In this document: positions 11,015 to 24,479 of the stretch, piece after piece
Position numbering within the stretch: position 1 is the stretch's first letter
Layout of the letters: the number at the start of each line of letters is the position of its first letter
Made by a program: the position numbers and the translations under genes
Assembly (NCBI RefSeq): GCF_963921235.1
Contig: NC_086097.1
Coordinates: forward strand, 235,044,001 to 235,108,000
Direction: 5' to 3'
Origin: Mobula hypostoma
Taxonomy: Eukaryota
Length of the DNA: 64,000 nt
The notes under the pieces: model-generated
Seen by the model: only the letters and a program-made list of their open reading frames with translations
Databases searched by the model: none
Told to the model about the DNA's origin: nothing

Positions 11015-13752
11015 TCACTGAGTAAAAAACCTTCCTCTAATGTCCCCCTTGAAGTTCCCACCCCTTACCTTAAAGCCATGTCCTCTTGTATTGAGCAGAG
11101 GTGCCCTGGGGAAGAAGCGCTGGCTATCCACTCTACCTATTCCTCTTATTATCTTGTACAGCTCTGTCATGTCTCCTCTCATCCTCCTTCTCTCCAAACA
11201 GTAAAGCCCTAGCTCCTTTAATCTCTGATCATAATGCATACTTTCTAAACCAGGCAGCATCCTGGTAAATCTCCTCTGTACCCTTTCCAATGCTTCCACA
11301 TCCTTCCTACAGTGAGGTGACCAGAACTGGACACAATACTCCAAGTGTGGCTTAACCAGGGTTTTATAGAGCTGCATCATTACATCGCGACTCTTAAACT
11401 CTATCCCTCAACTTATGAAAGCTAACACCCCATAAGCTTTCTTAACTACCCTATCCACCTGTGAGGCAACTTTCAGGGATCTGTGGACATGCACCCCGAG
11501 ATTCCTCTGCTCCTCCACACTACCAAGTATCCTGTCATTTACTTTGTACTCTGCCTTGGAGTTTGTCCTTCCAAAGTGTACCACCTCACACTTCTCCAGG
11601 TTGAACTCCATCTGCCACTTCTCAGCCCACTTCTGCATCCTATCAATGTCTTTCTGCAATCTTTGACAATCCTCTACACTATCTACAACACCACCAACCT
11701 TTGTGTCGTCTGCAAACTTGCCAACCCACCCTTCTACCCCCACATCCAGGTCGTTAATAAAAATCATGAAAAGTAGAGGTCCCAGAACAGATCCTTGTGA
11801 GACACCACTAGTCACAACCCTCCAATCTGAATGTACTCTCTCCACCACCACCCTCTGCCTTCTGCAGGCAAGCCAATTCTGAATCCACCTGGCCAAATTT
11901 CCTTGGATCCCATGCCTTCTAACTTCCTGAATATGCCTACCGTGTGGAACCTTGTCAAATGCCTTACTAAAATCCATATAGATCACATCCACTACACTAC
12001 CCTCATCTATATGCCTGGTCACCTCCTCAAAGAACTCTATCAGGCTTGTTAGACACGATCTGCCCTTCACAAAGCCATGCTGACTGTCCCTGATCAGACC
12101 ATGATTCTCTAAATCCCTATAGATCCTATCTCTAAGAATCTTTTCCAACAGCTTTCCCACCACAGACGTAAGGCTCACTGGTCTATAATTACCCGGACTA
12201 TCCCTACTACCTTTTTGGAACAAGGGAACAACATTCGCCTCCCTCCAATCCTCTGGTACCATTCCCGTGGACAACGAGGACATAAAGATCCTAGCCAGAG
12301 GCTCAGCAATCTCTTCTCTCACCTCGTGGAGCAGCCTGGGGAATATTCCGTCAGGCCCCGGGAACTTATCTGTCCTAATGTATTTTAACAACTCCAACAC
12401 CTCCTCTCCCTTAATATCAGCATGCTCCAGAACATCAACCTCACTCACATTGTCCTCACCATCATCAAGTTCCCTCTCATTGGTGAATACCAAAGAGAAG
12501 TATTCATTGAGGACCTCGCTCACTTCCACAGCCTCCAGGTACATCTTCCCACCTTTATCTCTAATCGGTCCTACCTTCACTCCTGTCATCCTTTTTTTCT
12601 TCACATAATTGAAGAATGCCTTGGGGTTTTCCTTTACCCTACTCGCCAAAGCCTTCTCATACCCCCTTCTTGCTCTTCTCAGCCCCTTCTTAAGCTCCTT
12701 CCTTGCTTCCCTATATTCCTCAATAGACCCATCTGATCCTTGCTTCCTAAACCTCATGTATGCTGCCTTCTTCCACCTGACTAGATTTTCCACCTCACTT
12801 GTCACCCATGGTTCCTTCACCCTACCATTCTTTATCTTCCTCACCGGGAGAAATTTATCCCTTACATCCCGCAAGAGATCTCTAAACATTGACCACATAT
12901 CCATAGTACATTTCCCTGCAAAAACATCATCCCATTTCACACCCGCAAGTTCTAGCCTTATAGCCTCATAATTTGCCTTTCCCCAATTAAAAATTTTCCT
13001 GTCCTCTTTGATTCTATCCTTTTCCATGATAATTATAAAGGCCAGCGAGCGGTGGTCACTGTCCCCCAGATGCTCACCCACTGAGAGATCTGTGACCTGA
13101 CCCGGTTCATTACCTAGTACTAGATCTAGTATGGCATTCCCCCTGGTCGGCCTGTCCACATACTATGACAGGAATCCAGGAATTCTGCCCCATCTAAACC
13201 CTTGGAACTAATCAGGTGCCAATCAATATTAGGGAAGTTAAAGTCACCCACGATAACAACCCTGTTATTTTTGCACCTTTTCAAAATCTGCCTCCCAATC
13301 TGCTCCTCTGTATCTCTGCTGCTACCAGGGGGCTTATAGAACACCCCCAGTAGAGTAACTGCTCTCTTCCTGTTCCTGACTTCCACCCATATTGACTCAA
13401 AAGAGGATCCTGCTACATTACCCACCCTTTCTGTAGCTGTAATAGTATCCCTGACCAGTAATGCCAACCCTCCTCCCCTTTTTCCGCCCTCTCTATCCCT
13501 TTTAAAGCACTGAAATCCAGGAATATTGAGAATCCATTCCTGCCCTGGTGCCAGCCAAGTCTCTGTAATGGCCACTACATCATAATTCCATGTATGTATC
13601 CAAGCTCTCAGTTCATCACCTTTGCTTCTTGCATTGAGGTACACACATTTCAGCCCTTCTACCTTACTGTCTTTACACCATTTATTCTGCTTCTCTTTCC
13701 TCAAAGCCTCTGTGTATGTTAGATCTTGCTTTACTCCATGCACTTCTTTCAC
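11015..13752 (-). pseudogene. CR1 ORF2 (APE endonuclease + reverse transcriptase), disrupted
   Basis: EN motifs YLNARS, AITETWL, GDFNFP, SDH. RT motifs DFSKAFDKV, QGSVLGP, KFADDTK. Frameshifting deletion at ~13170 and a TGA at 11410-11408 (CGA in the sister copy at ~27753). Confidence 0.93.
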
Positions 13753-13787
13753 TGCTCTATTGCTCTGGGTCCCATGCCCCTTGCAAA

Positions 13788-14082
13788 TTAGTTTAAACCC
13801 TCCCGAACCATGCTAGCAAACCTACCTGCAAGGATATTTCTCCCCCTCGAGTTCAGGTGCAACCCATCCAATCTGCACAGGTCCAACCTTCCCCAGAAGA
13901 GATCCCAATGATCTAAAAATCTAAAACCCTGCACCCTGCACCAACTCCTCAGCCACGCATTCAACTGCCATCTCCTCCAATTCTTACCATCTCTATCACG
14001 TAGCACTGGCAGCAATCCTGAGAAGGTCACCCTTGAGGTCCTGTTCTTCAGCCTTCTGCCTAATTCCCGAAACTCACACTTC
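13788..14082 (-). pseudogene. CR1 ORF1 SGNH esterase-like C-terminal part (5'-truncated)
   Basis: FSGLLPV...LNAWLRSWC...GFRFLDHWD...DGLHLN. The DGLH motif is typical of CR1 ORF1 esterase. Confidence 0.88.
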
Positions 14083-15139
14083 AAGAGGACATGGCTTTAG
14101 AGTGAAAGGGGAGAGGTTCAGGGGGAACATTATGGGAACTTCTTCACTCAGAGAGTGGTGGGAGTGTGGAACGAGCTGCTATCTGATGTGCTAAATGCAG
14201 GCTCATTCTTAAGTTTTAAGAACAAATTGGATAGGTATATGGATGGGAGAGGTCTGGAGAGTTATGGACTGGATGCAGGTCAATGGGACTAGCAGAATAA
14301 TGTGTCGGCACAGACTAGAGGGGCCGAATGGCCTGTTTTCTGTGCTGTAGTGTTCTATGGTTCTATTATGTTAAACTATTACAGGATCCTGTAACATGTT
14401 GGATTAATCTGGTTATCCTTGGCAATTCTGCATTTATCATCTTGAATTTTAGGCCTTTTATTCTGTATTTTTGATTTTTTTTCTGTTCCATCTGGTCCTG
14501 TATTGCCACAACGATCCCTTCCATTCTGCGAAGAGATCACCAACTCTGAGCCAGGTGTTCGATGCTTCCTTGTCGACATCTAGTCTGCTCAGATCATGGG
14601 GAATGTCTTCCATGGAGGGTCACACTCTTCCACTGGTTAACTTTTTCATCAATAGTGATAATATTTTCATTTTACTGGGTTGTGCTCTCATTTAATTCTT
14701 ATCAGAATTGCATATTATTATTATCATTTCTCATTCTTTTTGTATTTGCACTGTTTGTTGTTTTTATTTTGCACATTGGTCGTTGCTCATTCTTTTGTGT
14801 GCAGTCTTTCTTTGATTTGTGTTTCTTGTATTTACTATGATTGCCCAGAAGAAAATGAATCCCAGGGCTGTGTATGGTAACATTTATGTACTTTGATAAT
14901 AAGTTGAATGTCGAACATGGTTCTTCTTTCACATGTTTTATGGAGATTGATAATAGTACGCAGAAATGCTATAAATAACTTGAAACTGGACAGCATCACC
15001 TCTGAAATAAGAAATTTGGTTTTAATTCAAAAATTCAATTAAAGTGGAAAGAAAATCTTCCTTTATCTGTTTCTGTAAGTTTTATAGTTTCACAATTCCC
15101 TAAATAAACAACTGACAAAATGAAGCTATCAGTCCCATA

Positions 15140-15410
15140 AGGTATTGTAGTGTAGTGATTAGCACAATACTTTACACTCCCCTGACACAAAATGTAAAGA
15201 GCTTGTACATTCTTCTCATGATTGCGAGGGTCTCGTCCGCTTTCTCCGATTTCCTTCCACAGTCCAAAGACCTACTGCTTGGTAAGTTAATTGGCCATTT
15301 TAAATTGTCCCATGATTAGACTAGGATTAAACTGGGGTGTACTGGGCAGCAAGGCTCGAAGGGGCAGAAGGGCCTATTCCACGCTGTATCTCAATAAATG
15401 AATAAGTGAA
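15140..15410 (+). mobile_element. HE1-like V-SINE
   Basis: tRNA-like head, V-domain-like core (TTTCCTTCCACAGTCCAAAGAC), CR1-like tail GAAGGGCCTATTCC and AATAAA repeats. Confidence 0.78.
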
Positions 15411-16853
15411 TACCTACAAGAAAATTATGAATTAAAAAACTAATCACATTCTTCATGAAAACCAAAGTGAATCAATTATTTGTGACTGACATTTTAATAT
15501 GACACTTAGTTGTCAGTTTTTCTTTAAAGAATAATAAAAAAGCAAACAATTTGATGGGACCAATTTTTTAATATCTGATAAGATGACAACCTAATTCATT
15601 GCCTGAAGCTGTTTAAATACATTTTACATAGAATTTAGATTGTTTGCCCCAAATAAGAGAGATAGATACTCTTAGAAGTGTGATTTGTCCTAGTGCATTA
15701 TTCTGAGCAGTGTGGGGAAAAAAAACTTAACAAAGAAGCCCATACAGTAACCAATATTAAGTTCTTCAAAACAAAATCGTCTGTAAAGACAAATAAAGAA
15801 TTGATAAATGATAACTACATTATTTAAATAAAGTTAAGAAAAAAGCAATTAGTTTTGTTTGCCATTCAATTATTTGTGCACCAGATCAGTTATATGAAAC
15901 ATTAATATATTTCCCACGCGTTGCTTGGACCAAAGTACAGATTAATGACATCATGAACCATGATTTCTTTATTGGCTTTATGTATTTAATATAATTAAAT
16001 TATTAAAAAGAAACTTTGCCAAATGAGGCTAACTTCACTGCCGTAATCATAAAACAGAAACAAGCTAACCAGTGGTGTGGAAATGGACCATTCTTGTGTG
16101 AAATGCTTATAAATTGCTTGAATTATTGAAATTCTAGATATAAGAAATTTTGTAAAAAAGCAACATTTTAAAAAATAAATTAAAAAATCTTGGAGTAATG
16201 TGTGCAGTTCTGGTCATCTGCCGACAAGAAAGACATCAATAAACAAAAACAACAGGAATTCTGCAGATGCTGGAAATCAATAAACAATATAGTTTCAATA
16301 AATTTACAAAGATGTTATAGGACGTGATGACCTGAGTAGAATAGGTTAGGAATTTATTCCCTGGAGTGCAGAAGAATGAGGCGAGGTCTGAGAGGGTATA
16401 GATAAGGTGACTACATGTAGGTTTTTCCCCTTCAGGGTGGATGAGAAGTTATAGGTTGAAGTTGAATGGTGAAATACTCAAGGTGAGTCTGCGGGAGATT
16501 TTCTTCACTCAAAGGGACATGCAAGTGTGGAATGGGCTGCCAGAGGAAGTGGTAGTGGCAGTTGTAACACTTGTGAAAAGTTTGGATAAATAGAGTAGTG
16601 CTAGAAAGTTTGTGAACCCTGAAGAATTTTCTCTATTTCTGCATAAATATGACCTAAAATGTGATCAGATCTTCACCTAAGTCCTAAAACTAGATAAAGA
16701 GACCCCAGATAAATAAATAACAAACACAAAAAAAATTACGCTTGAGAAAAATGATACAATATTACATGTCTTTGTTGGGGAAAAAGGAAAACCTTTGCTT
16801 TCAGTAAATGGTTAAGTCAAGTCAAGTCGAGTCACTTTTTATTGTCATGTAAC

Positions 16854-17280
16854 TGTCACGACCACAGATTCGGCAGCACAGTGAATATGGCCATTGTGCT
16901 TGTGAATATGCGCGTGTCAGCTAATTATTATCTGATTATGATAGCATTTAACTCCATACTTGTCATTGTAGTGGTTGTCGAGACTTGGATAGAGCACAGC
17001 AACGCTCCGCTGCCTGTTTGTATTCGGCCTTGCCTGAGAAATTGGACTGTCGAGTCAAATGACTCTGAAGACTAGCGGTATTCGTTTAATATTTAGATGT
17101 TCTTTTCAGCCGCAGTGTCAACTTCATTTTCCATTTGCAAGTTTTAGTTAACAGTCCTGTTTAGCCTAGCAGTTTTCGTTTTATTTTCCCTTTAACGCTG
17201 TTCGCATTAAACTTTGTGAACTATTGACCCACTTCAGTGTCTCTTACCCCGCACTTGGGCCATATCCGAACCTGGTGACA
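16854..17280 (+). mobile_element. Solo LTR (427 bp)
   Basis: TGTCAC...GTGACA termini, 5-bp TSD GTAAC (16849-16853 and 17281-17285), ATTAAA near 17206. Confidence 0.9.
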
Positions 17281-18117
17281 GTAACACACTTGCACAGCAA
17301 TAACTTCTGAAAAAAATACATTCCCGGTAACTGTTGATCGGTGTTGCACATCAGCTTGAAGGGATTTTAGGCCAGTTCCTACCAAGCAGCTTCAACTCTG
17401 AGAGGCTGGTGGGCTTCCTTGCATGAAATGCTTCTTCAGGTCCTTCTCACAACATTTCTATAGGATTAAGGTCAGGACATTGACTTAGCCATTTCAAACC
17501 AGGAATGTTCTTCTTTTTAAACTATTCTGTTGTTGATTTACTCTTGTCTTTTGGGGTATTGTCTTGTTGCAGTATAAAACTTCTATTAAGCTTCAGGTGA
17601 TAGACTGCTACCCTGACATTCTCCTGTAAAATATCCTGCTACAATTTTGAATTCATTTTTCCCTCAATAATTATCCAGGCCCTGGGGCAGCACAGGAGCT
17701 CTAAACCATGATGTTCCTTCCACCATGCTTCACAGTTGGGATGAGGTTTTGGTGTTGGTGTGCAATTCACTTTTTCCTCCAAACGTAACAATGTGCATTT
17801 CTGCCAAAAATTTCAACCTTTATCTCATCTGTCCATGCAACTTTGTCCCAGAAGCATTGTAGAACATCCAGGTGGTCATTTGCAAACTTGAGACGTGCCG
17901 CAATTTCTTTTGGAGAGCAGTGGTTTCCTCCATAAACACCATTATAGTTCAATATTTCCTTATTGTGGACACATGAACAGAGAGCAAATTCTAGAGATTT
18001 CTGCAGGTGATGTTCACGTACTTCCTGCAATAAATTTTGTAATATTGGATCATTTTCCTCAATAAATAAATGAAAAAGTATAATTCTTTTTGGGTTATTT
18101 ATTTAATTGAGTTCTCT

Positions 18118-19381
18118 TTTTTTTGTCATTTTTTTTATTGAAGTTCATCATCAAACAAAACTTTTCCATAAGATGTATTTCAGATACTGTACATATATAT
18201 CGTATAGTCATATTTGTCACAAATCTCCACATAATATTTATCTGAGGTATACACTTATAGAAAGGAGAGGAAAGATGAACAATCAAAAGAAGAAAACTAT
18301 GTACAAAGTAGGGAGTGATCTTTTTTTTACAAAATATTCATTGACTTCTGAGATTAAAATCAGGTCTATGAGGTGTTATGTAGTTAAAACATTTTTCCCA
18401 GTATGAATAAAATTGTTCCAACTTTTGATTAACAGATGATGTTATCTTCTCCATTTTGTAAATGTCCATTGTAATTTCCATCCATACATTTAAAGTTGGG
18501 CTCACCTGTGATAACCATTTCCTGGTAAGGGTCTTTTTACCAGCCACCAGCAGCATATTCATTAAATATTTATTTCTTTTCAACCATTCTTGAGGTATAT
18601 ATCCAAAATATATGGCCTTACTTTCTAAGGGTATTTCACAATTAAAGTTGTCTTGTAGGGCATTATTTATCCCACTCCAATAGTCTTTGATAAGCGGGCA
18701 TTCCCAGAAAATATGGTAATGGTTTGCATTTTGATTTCCACAATTTCTCCAGCAAAACAGGGAGGTTAATGTCATAATGAGATTTCTGAGAGGGTGTAAT
18801 AAAATATCTTATCAAGTTTTTCCACCCAAGCTCCCTCCATTTCTGTGACCTGGTACACTTCCATTGATACCTCCATATTATTGTCTATTCTTCCTCAGAT
18901 ATTCTTATAGAAACATAGAAAATAGGTGCAGGAGTAGGCCATTCGGCCTTCAAGCCTGCACCGCCATTCAGTATGATCATGGCTGATCATCCAACTCAGA
19001 ACCCTGTACCAGCCTTCCCTCCATACCCCCTGATCCCTTTAGCCACAAGGGCCATATCTAACTCCCTCCTTCCTTCTCCCATTTTGTTTTAATGTATGAA
19101 GTCGAATGTGTTTTAAGATTTGACAAACCCTTATACACGCTTGAAATTACTCTGCTTCCATTGTCTGAATTATATGCTTTTCTAAATAGCTCTATCAAAC
19201 ATATACTTGCCTTGGTTACATTTTTAACCATCCTATTAACACACTGTCGTATCTGTAAATATTGATAAAAGTCTTGCTTTTCTAATAAGTGTTTCTCTTT
19301 GAGTATTTTAAAACTGAACAGTGTTCCTTCTTTCATTATATTGCAAATAGCTGTTATTCCTTTAGCTGTCCAGTCCTTGCA
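18118..19381 (-). mobile_element. L1-clade LINE 3' fragment inserted in the Tc1 right TIR
   Basis: ORFs 19058..19336 (DFYQYLQIR) and 18338..18775 (CWRNCG...HIFWECP, CCHC-type). A-rich tail at ~18118. TTCTCTT on both flanks. Confidence 0.87.
18905..19065 (-). mobile_element. CR1 3'-end fragment nested in L1
   Basis: ATAGAAAC tail repeat and CR1 3'UTR interrupt the L1 coding sequence. Confidence 0.8.
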
Positions 19382-20984
19382 TTCTCTTGATCTAATTTTA
19401 GGATTTATGTGAAGATCTGATTACATTTTAGGTCACTTTTATTCAGAAACAGAGAGAAGTCTACAGGGTTCACAGACTTTCTAGCACTACTGTATGTACG
19501 AGAGAGCTTTGAAGGACTATATTCTGGTGCAGGTAGAGGACCAAATTGGAACAGACTAGATGGGCCAAATGGACTGTTTCTATGCTATAGTAGTCTATGA
19601 CTCTATGATTTGTGGGAAATAGACAAATATGAAATTCATTAAGTGATAAATAGATGAAGTAATATTTTCACCTGCAGCCAACTGTATTATATTAGGAAAC
19701 AGAACATGATTGATGTGATATCAGAAATGTTTTAAGTTTCATCCATTACTTGATTATTATGACATAGAAGGCCATTAGGTTGTTTTAATGTGTACCAGCT
19801 TCCAGCAGAGAAATCCCTTAAATCCCATTTCCCTTCTCCTTATTTCCCTTTGGCCCTGCAATTTACACCAACAAACTAATCAACTCCCCTTTGATATTTT
19901 TGTTGCCTTTTTCATACACTAATGGGTAATTTACAGGAGGCAGTTAACCGCCCATCAGAGTCCAGATGGGAGAATTTGACCTGAAACCTTGACTTGCTTC
20001 TTTTGCCTCCACAGATTCTGATAGGTATGCTGAGTTCTTCCAGTTTTCTGTTTTCATAACCCACCAGTACATTATTGAGCAGAGGGAGGAAAACTTTGCA
20101 CTAGAGAAAACGTCCTGAATATGAGGGGCCTGAAGCATTGATGAGGATCCCTACCATCAATCCCACAACCTCCTTGACCCAATACCATTAGGAAGAAAGT
20201 ATAGGATTAGGACTGGGTAATATTTTCTTCACCCCAGGCAGTGAGATTAATGACTACCAGACCACAGGCAAGGTCTCATCACTAGGACAGTAAGCCGCTT
20301 ACCGTTTACTCTCCTGATCACTGTCTACCAGTGCTGTGCACTAAACATGCATTTAGATTCACACTTTATTATCTTATTTTTGGTAATATTTTGTTTCATG
20401 TGCTGTGTGAGATACGCATATTATATTATGGGTGCACCATGGTCTGCAAGAACATTGTTTTGTCTGGTTGTACATATGTACAGCCAGGTGACAAAAGAAC
20501 TTCAACTTGGACAGTAACAAGTAAACCATGAAAACTCCACATAGACAACATCCTACGTCCTCTTTCTTTTAAAAATAGGCCGTTCAGCCCAATTGAGACA
20601 ATGACAGTTTCCAACATAATAATCCATCAGCCCCTGTTAAATTTTGAAAATTATTGTCACAGCTTACTAAGGTTTTGCTGAATAAATAAATATAGCATCT
20701 TTGCCGTCTAGTTAAAAAAACAGCTAATAAATTTGTTTGGCTCCACAAAACGCACAAGAACTGAGGAGCATAATTAATCTGTGGTTATTCAGTAAAATGC
20801 AGATATTACAGCCATTTTGTGCAAAGTACTTATTATTGTGATTAGAATTCTGAGCTGATGGCATCCACATTGTTCATGAACTGGATTCTACTGCAAGAGA
20901 TCCTAACTTCAATAGTGAACCACAATTATAGTCAACTGAACTAAATTAAAGTCAATCTCCCTATATTTTGCATTCAATTCTTTT

Positions 20985-21890
20985 AGAAACATAGAAACAT
21001 AGAAATCCAAGAGCACAATACAGGCCCTTTGGCCCACAAAGCTGTGTTAAACATGTACTTACTTTAGAAATTACCTTGGGTTACTCATAGCCCTCTATTT
21101 TTCTAAGCTGCATGTACCTATCCAGGAGTCTCTTAAAAGCCACTATTGTATCCGCCTCCACCACTGTCACCGGCTGCCCATTCCACACACTCACCACTCT
21201 TCGTAAAAAACTTACCCCTGACATCTCCTCTGTACCTACTTCTAAGCACCTTAAAACTGTGCCCTCTTGTATTAGCCATTTCAGCCCTGAGAAAAACCCT
21301 CTATTCACATGATCAATGCCTCTCATCATCTTATACACCTATATCAGGTCACCTCTCCTCCTCTGTCGTTCCAAGGTGAAAAGGCCAAGTTCACTCAACC
21401 TATTCTCATAAGGCGTGCTCCCCAATCCTGGCAACATCCTTGTAAATCTCCTCTACACCCTTTCTATGGTTTCCACATCCTTCCTGTACTGTGGTGCCCA
21501 GAACTGAGCATAGTACTCCAAGTGGGGTCTGACCAGGGTCCTATATAGCTGTAACATTACCTCTTGGCTCTTAAACTCAATCCCACAATTGATGAAGGTC
21601 AATACACGGTATGCCTTCTTAACCACACAGTCAACCTGCACAGAAGCTTTGAATGACCTATGGACTCAGGCGCCAAGATCCCTCTGATCGTCCACACTGA
21701 CAAGAGTCTTACCATTAATACTATATTCTGCCATCATATTTAACCTACCAAAATAAACGACCTCACACTTATCTGGGTTGAACTCCATCTGCCACTTCTC
21801 AGCCCAGTTTTGCATCCTATCAATGTCCCGCTGTAACCTTTGACAGCCCTCCACACTATCCACAACACCCCCAACCATTGTGTCATCAAA
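20985..21890 (-). mobile_element. CR1 3' portion
   Basis: ORFs 21666..21902, 21453..21641 and 21081..21338, plus a TTTCTATG tail. Confidence 0.88.
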
Positions 21891-22423
21891 TCTAATAGAC
21901 AATTTCTAAATTGTTCACTGTATCTACATGCCAGCCTTGAGTGAGTTATGCACTGGGACACCCAGATCATGGAATCTCAGAATCTACAAACCATTCCACA
22001 TTTAGATAAGGTGCTACGTTTTGAACATTTTCTACCAAAAAGGTATATTTCACGTTTTCTTACTCCATCATCCAAATCTTTGAGGGATGACAGCTATGAG
22101 TTTGATTTCTGAGCTGGTTGTGGGTTGGAGGGAAGTATCAAGTGGAGTCTGGAAATATTTCAGGCATGAAGAAAAAGAATACAAAAGGTGCAGGTTCCTC
22201 CTCCTGATGTGCCTGCGCCTTGAGATATCTGAACGGTCCAGGAACACGCCTTCATTATTTTTGCTTCCTTACTGGATTACTTATTTATTTATGGATTGCA
22301 CTGTACTGCTGCCACAAAATAACAAATGTCACAATATACGTCAGCCCTAATAAACCTGATTCTGAACCTTTAGGAACAGCTTCTTCCCCTCTGCCACCAT
22401 ATTTTTGAACAGTCCATGAACCT

Positions 22424-23110
22424 GGAGGGGAGGAGAAGATGGTGGCGCGACGCAGCGCACGCGGCCGCTCCAAATTGATATTGTATTTGTGAAGTAGGAT
22501 GCCAAGCATAATCCTGATTTGATGGAGACAGCCATGAGAAGCACGGAGGAACATCTGGAGATACTTCTGAAATCCCTGCTTCTCTGCTGTTGCTACTGTG
22601 CGATTGAGAATTTCCAGAGGGGAAGGCCCCAAATCCTTGGCTTTGCCTATTGCCTGTTGCCGGGGCCGGGGTCGAAGCACTTGGCAGAGATGGCGCTCGG
22701 TGCTCAGTGTCGGAGAGCTGGTCGGAGGCTTGAAGTTTTCGGACGGACTCGGAGTCGGACTGTGGTCGGGTGTTTCTAGGATGCTGCATCGGCAAGTTTG
22801 CGGCGCTGGAAGCTCATGGCAGGAAAAGTTTTCTTCCTTCGACCGTCTGTGTGAGATGATGCAACTTTCGAGAGACTTTGAGATTTTTTTTACCACCATG
22901 GGCACCATGGTCTGTTCTATCAAATTATGGTATTGCTTGCATTGTTGTAACTACATGTTATAATTATGTGGTTTTTGTCAGTTTTTTTTAGTCTTGGTTT
23001 GTCTCGTGTTTCTGTGATAACATTCTGGAGAAACAAATTGTATAATTTCTTAATGCATGCATTACTAAATGACAATAAAAGAGGACTGCATGTCCTCATA
23101 ATCTAAATAA
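22424..23110 (+). mobile_element. CpG-rich non-coding non-autonomous retroelement (family unassigned)
   Basis: Flanked by AACCT (22419-22423 and 23111-23115) inside a Rex-type 3'UTR. Starts GGAGGGGAGGAGAAGATGG and ends with AATAAA plus an AT-rich tail. Confidence 0.6.
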
Positions 23111-23293
23111 AACCTTCACTTTGGTTCTTTTCAATGTATGTTTTATTGTAATTTACAGTAGATTTTTTATGGATTGCACTGTACTGCTGATACAAAACAA
23201 ATGATGTATATCAGCAATAATCAACTCGATTACAGATCTTCTGAAAGTATATTTCAATTCCAATGAAATGAGAAGATCTACATTGGAAAGTAA

Positions 23294-24170
23294 TCATCAT
23301 CAGGTGTCATGCCCAGTTTGAGCTTTGACTGCCATGGCCCACACATTCCTGTTTCGGGTCAAGTGGATCAAATTATTGGTATTCATTTCCAGTTCTCTGG
23401 CTGCTTTCTCCATCATCATTTCTCTTTGCCTTCCTTTTGCTTTCTTCCCTTCAATCTTTCCCATAATTACTGTGCATTCTAACTCCTCTTTCCTAATCAT
23501 ATGTCCAATGAAGTTATGTTGCCTTTTCATGATCTCATACATTATTTCTCTTTTTGAGCTTGCTCTGTTCATGATATCCTTGTTAGATATTCGTTTCGTC
23601 CATGATATTCTTTGCATCCTCCTCAAAAACTACATCTCTGCTGCTTCAATTCATTTCCTCATGTTACTAGATATTGTCCAACATTCTGATCCATATAACA
23701 TAACTGGATAAACATAACATTTCAGTACTCTGAGGTGGGTTTTCATGCCTAGTTTAGTGTTGGTAAGTATACTCTTCATTCTCATAAAGATGTCTTTTGC
23801 TATCCCTGTTCTTCTTTTGATGTCCACGTCACACCTGCCACCTGATGTCACCCAGCTTCTTAAGTAGCAAAAGTTCTTCACTTGGTTTATGTCTTCCCTG
23901 TTTATTTTCAGCCTGCAGATAGGGTTCTCCTTTTTGGATATCACCATACATTCTGTCTTTTTGTGATTGATAGATAGACCCATTTTTGCACTTTCTTCAA
24001 CAACTATAACAATTAAGTTTTGTAGTTCTTCCTCCGTACTTGCAGTTAACACAGTGTCATCTGCATATCTGAAATTATTGATGTTTTCACCGCCAACTTT
24101 GTTTCCCAAGATGTCTCTTATTCTTTGTAATATTGTTTCAATGTACACATTAAACAAATCAGGGGAAAGT
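23294..24170 (-). mobile_element. RTE-clade LINE, 5'-truncated
   Basis: FRYADDTVL, LYGSECWT, GKIEGKKAKGRQR and a (GAT)n tail. Confidence 0.9.
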
Positions 24171-24479
24171 AATATGCTATTAATTATTGCATGTATATCA
24201 ACTCATTAGCACAGTTTAATATTGATGGAAATATATTTCTGTTCAGAGATGCACTCGGGAGATACGCTCAAGCTGATGACCTTTGACTGTGCACTTATAA
24301 ATTTAGGGTAAGTATGGGAAATGGTGAAGGATAAGTTTCTTTGAAGTGCTGAGAGCTGTTTGCCTTAAAGTGCAGAAGCCTCAGGAAATATCTTTTGCTA
24401 TGTTTCTGGAATCTGAAAACTTACAGTGGTTCAAGCATATTGTTTATTTCCTTTCCATACTTAATCATTCATCCATTCA

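Larger units (their letters stand above)
10818..14082 (-). mobile_element. Young CR1 LINE with ORF1 C-terminus and near-complete ORF2
   Basis: (TTCTATG)n tail at 10818. ORFs 13788..14084, 13126..13752, 11408..13159 and 11015..11380 are colinear. Confidence 0.96.
9520..14370 (+). mobile_element. CR1 LINE (host copy) split by a younger CR1
   Basis: RT ORFs 9678..10786 (GVPQGSVLGP, KFADDTKIGG). The 3' part resumes at ~14083 (AGAGGACATGGCTTT) and ends in a TTCTATG-type tail at ~14370. Confidence 0.9.
16593..19492 (-). mobile_element. Tc1-like DNA transposon with long TIRs
   Basis: TA at both ends. TIRs AGTAGTGCTAGAAAGTTTGTGAACCCT / AGGGTTCACAGACTTTCTAGCACTACTG extend ~180-200 bp. Minus-strand transposase remnants WTDE, TVKHGG, QQDN, PDLNPIE at ~17300-17930. 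Confidence 0.92.
16190..19610 (+). mobile_element. Old CR1 3' portion split by Tc1
   Basis: CVQFWS-coding start. The sequence breaks at the TA at 16591 and resumes at 19495, ending in a CTATGACT tail. Confidence 0.75.

Noticed and set aside
11483..12971. Several plus-strand ORFs of 73-120 aa
   Set aside because: Antisense shadows of CR1 ORF2.
22285..22963. Overlapping 121-212 aa ORFs on both strands
   Set aside because: Expected from GC-rich repeat sequence. They cross the element boundary and have no motifs.
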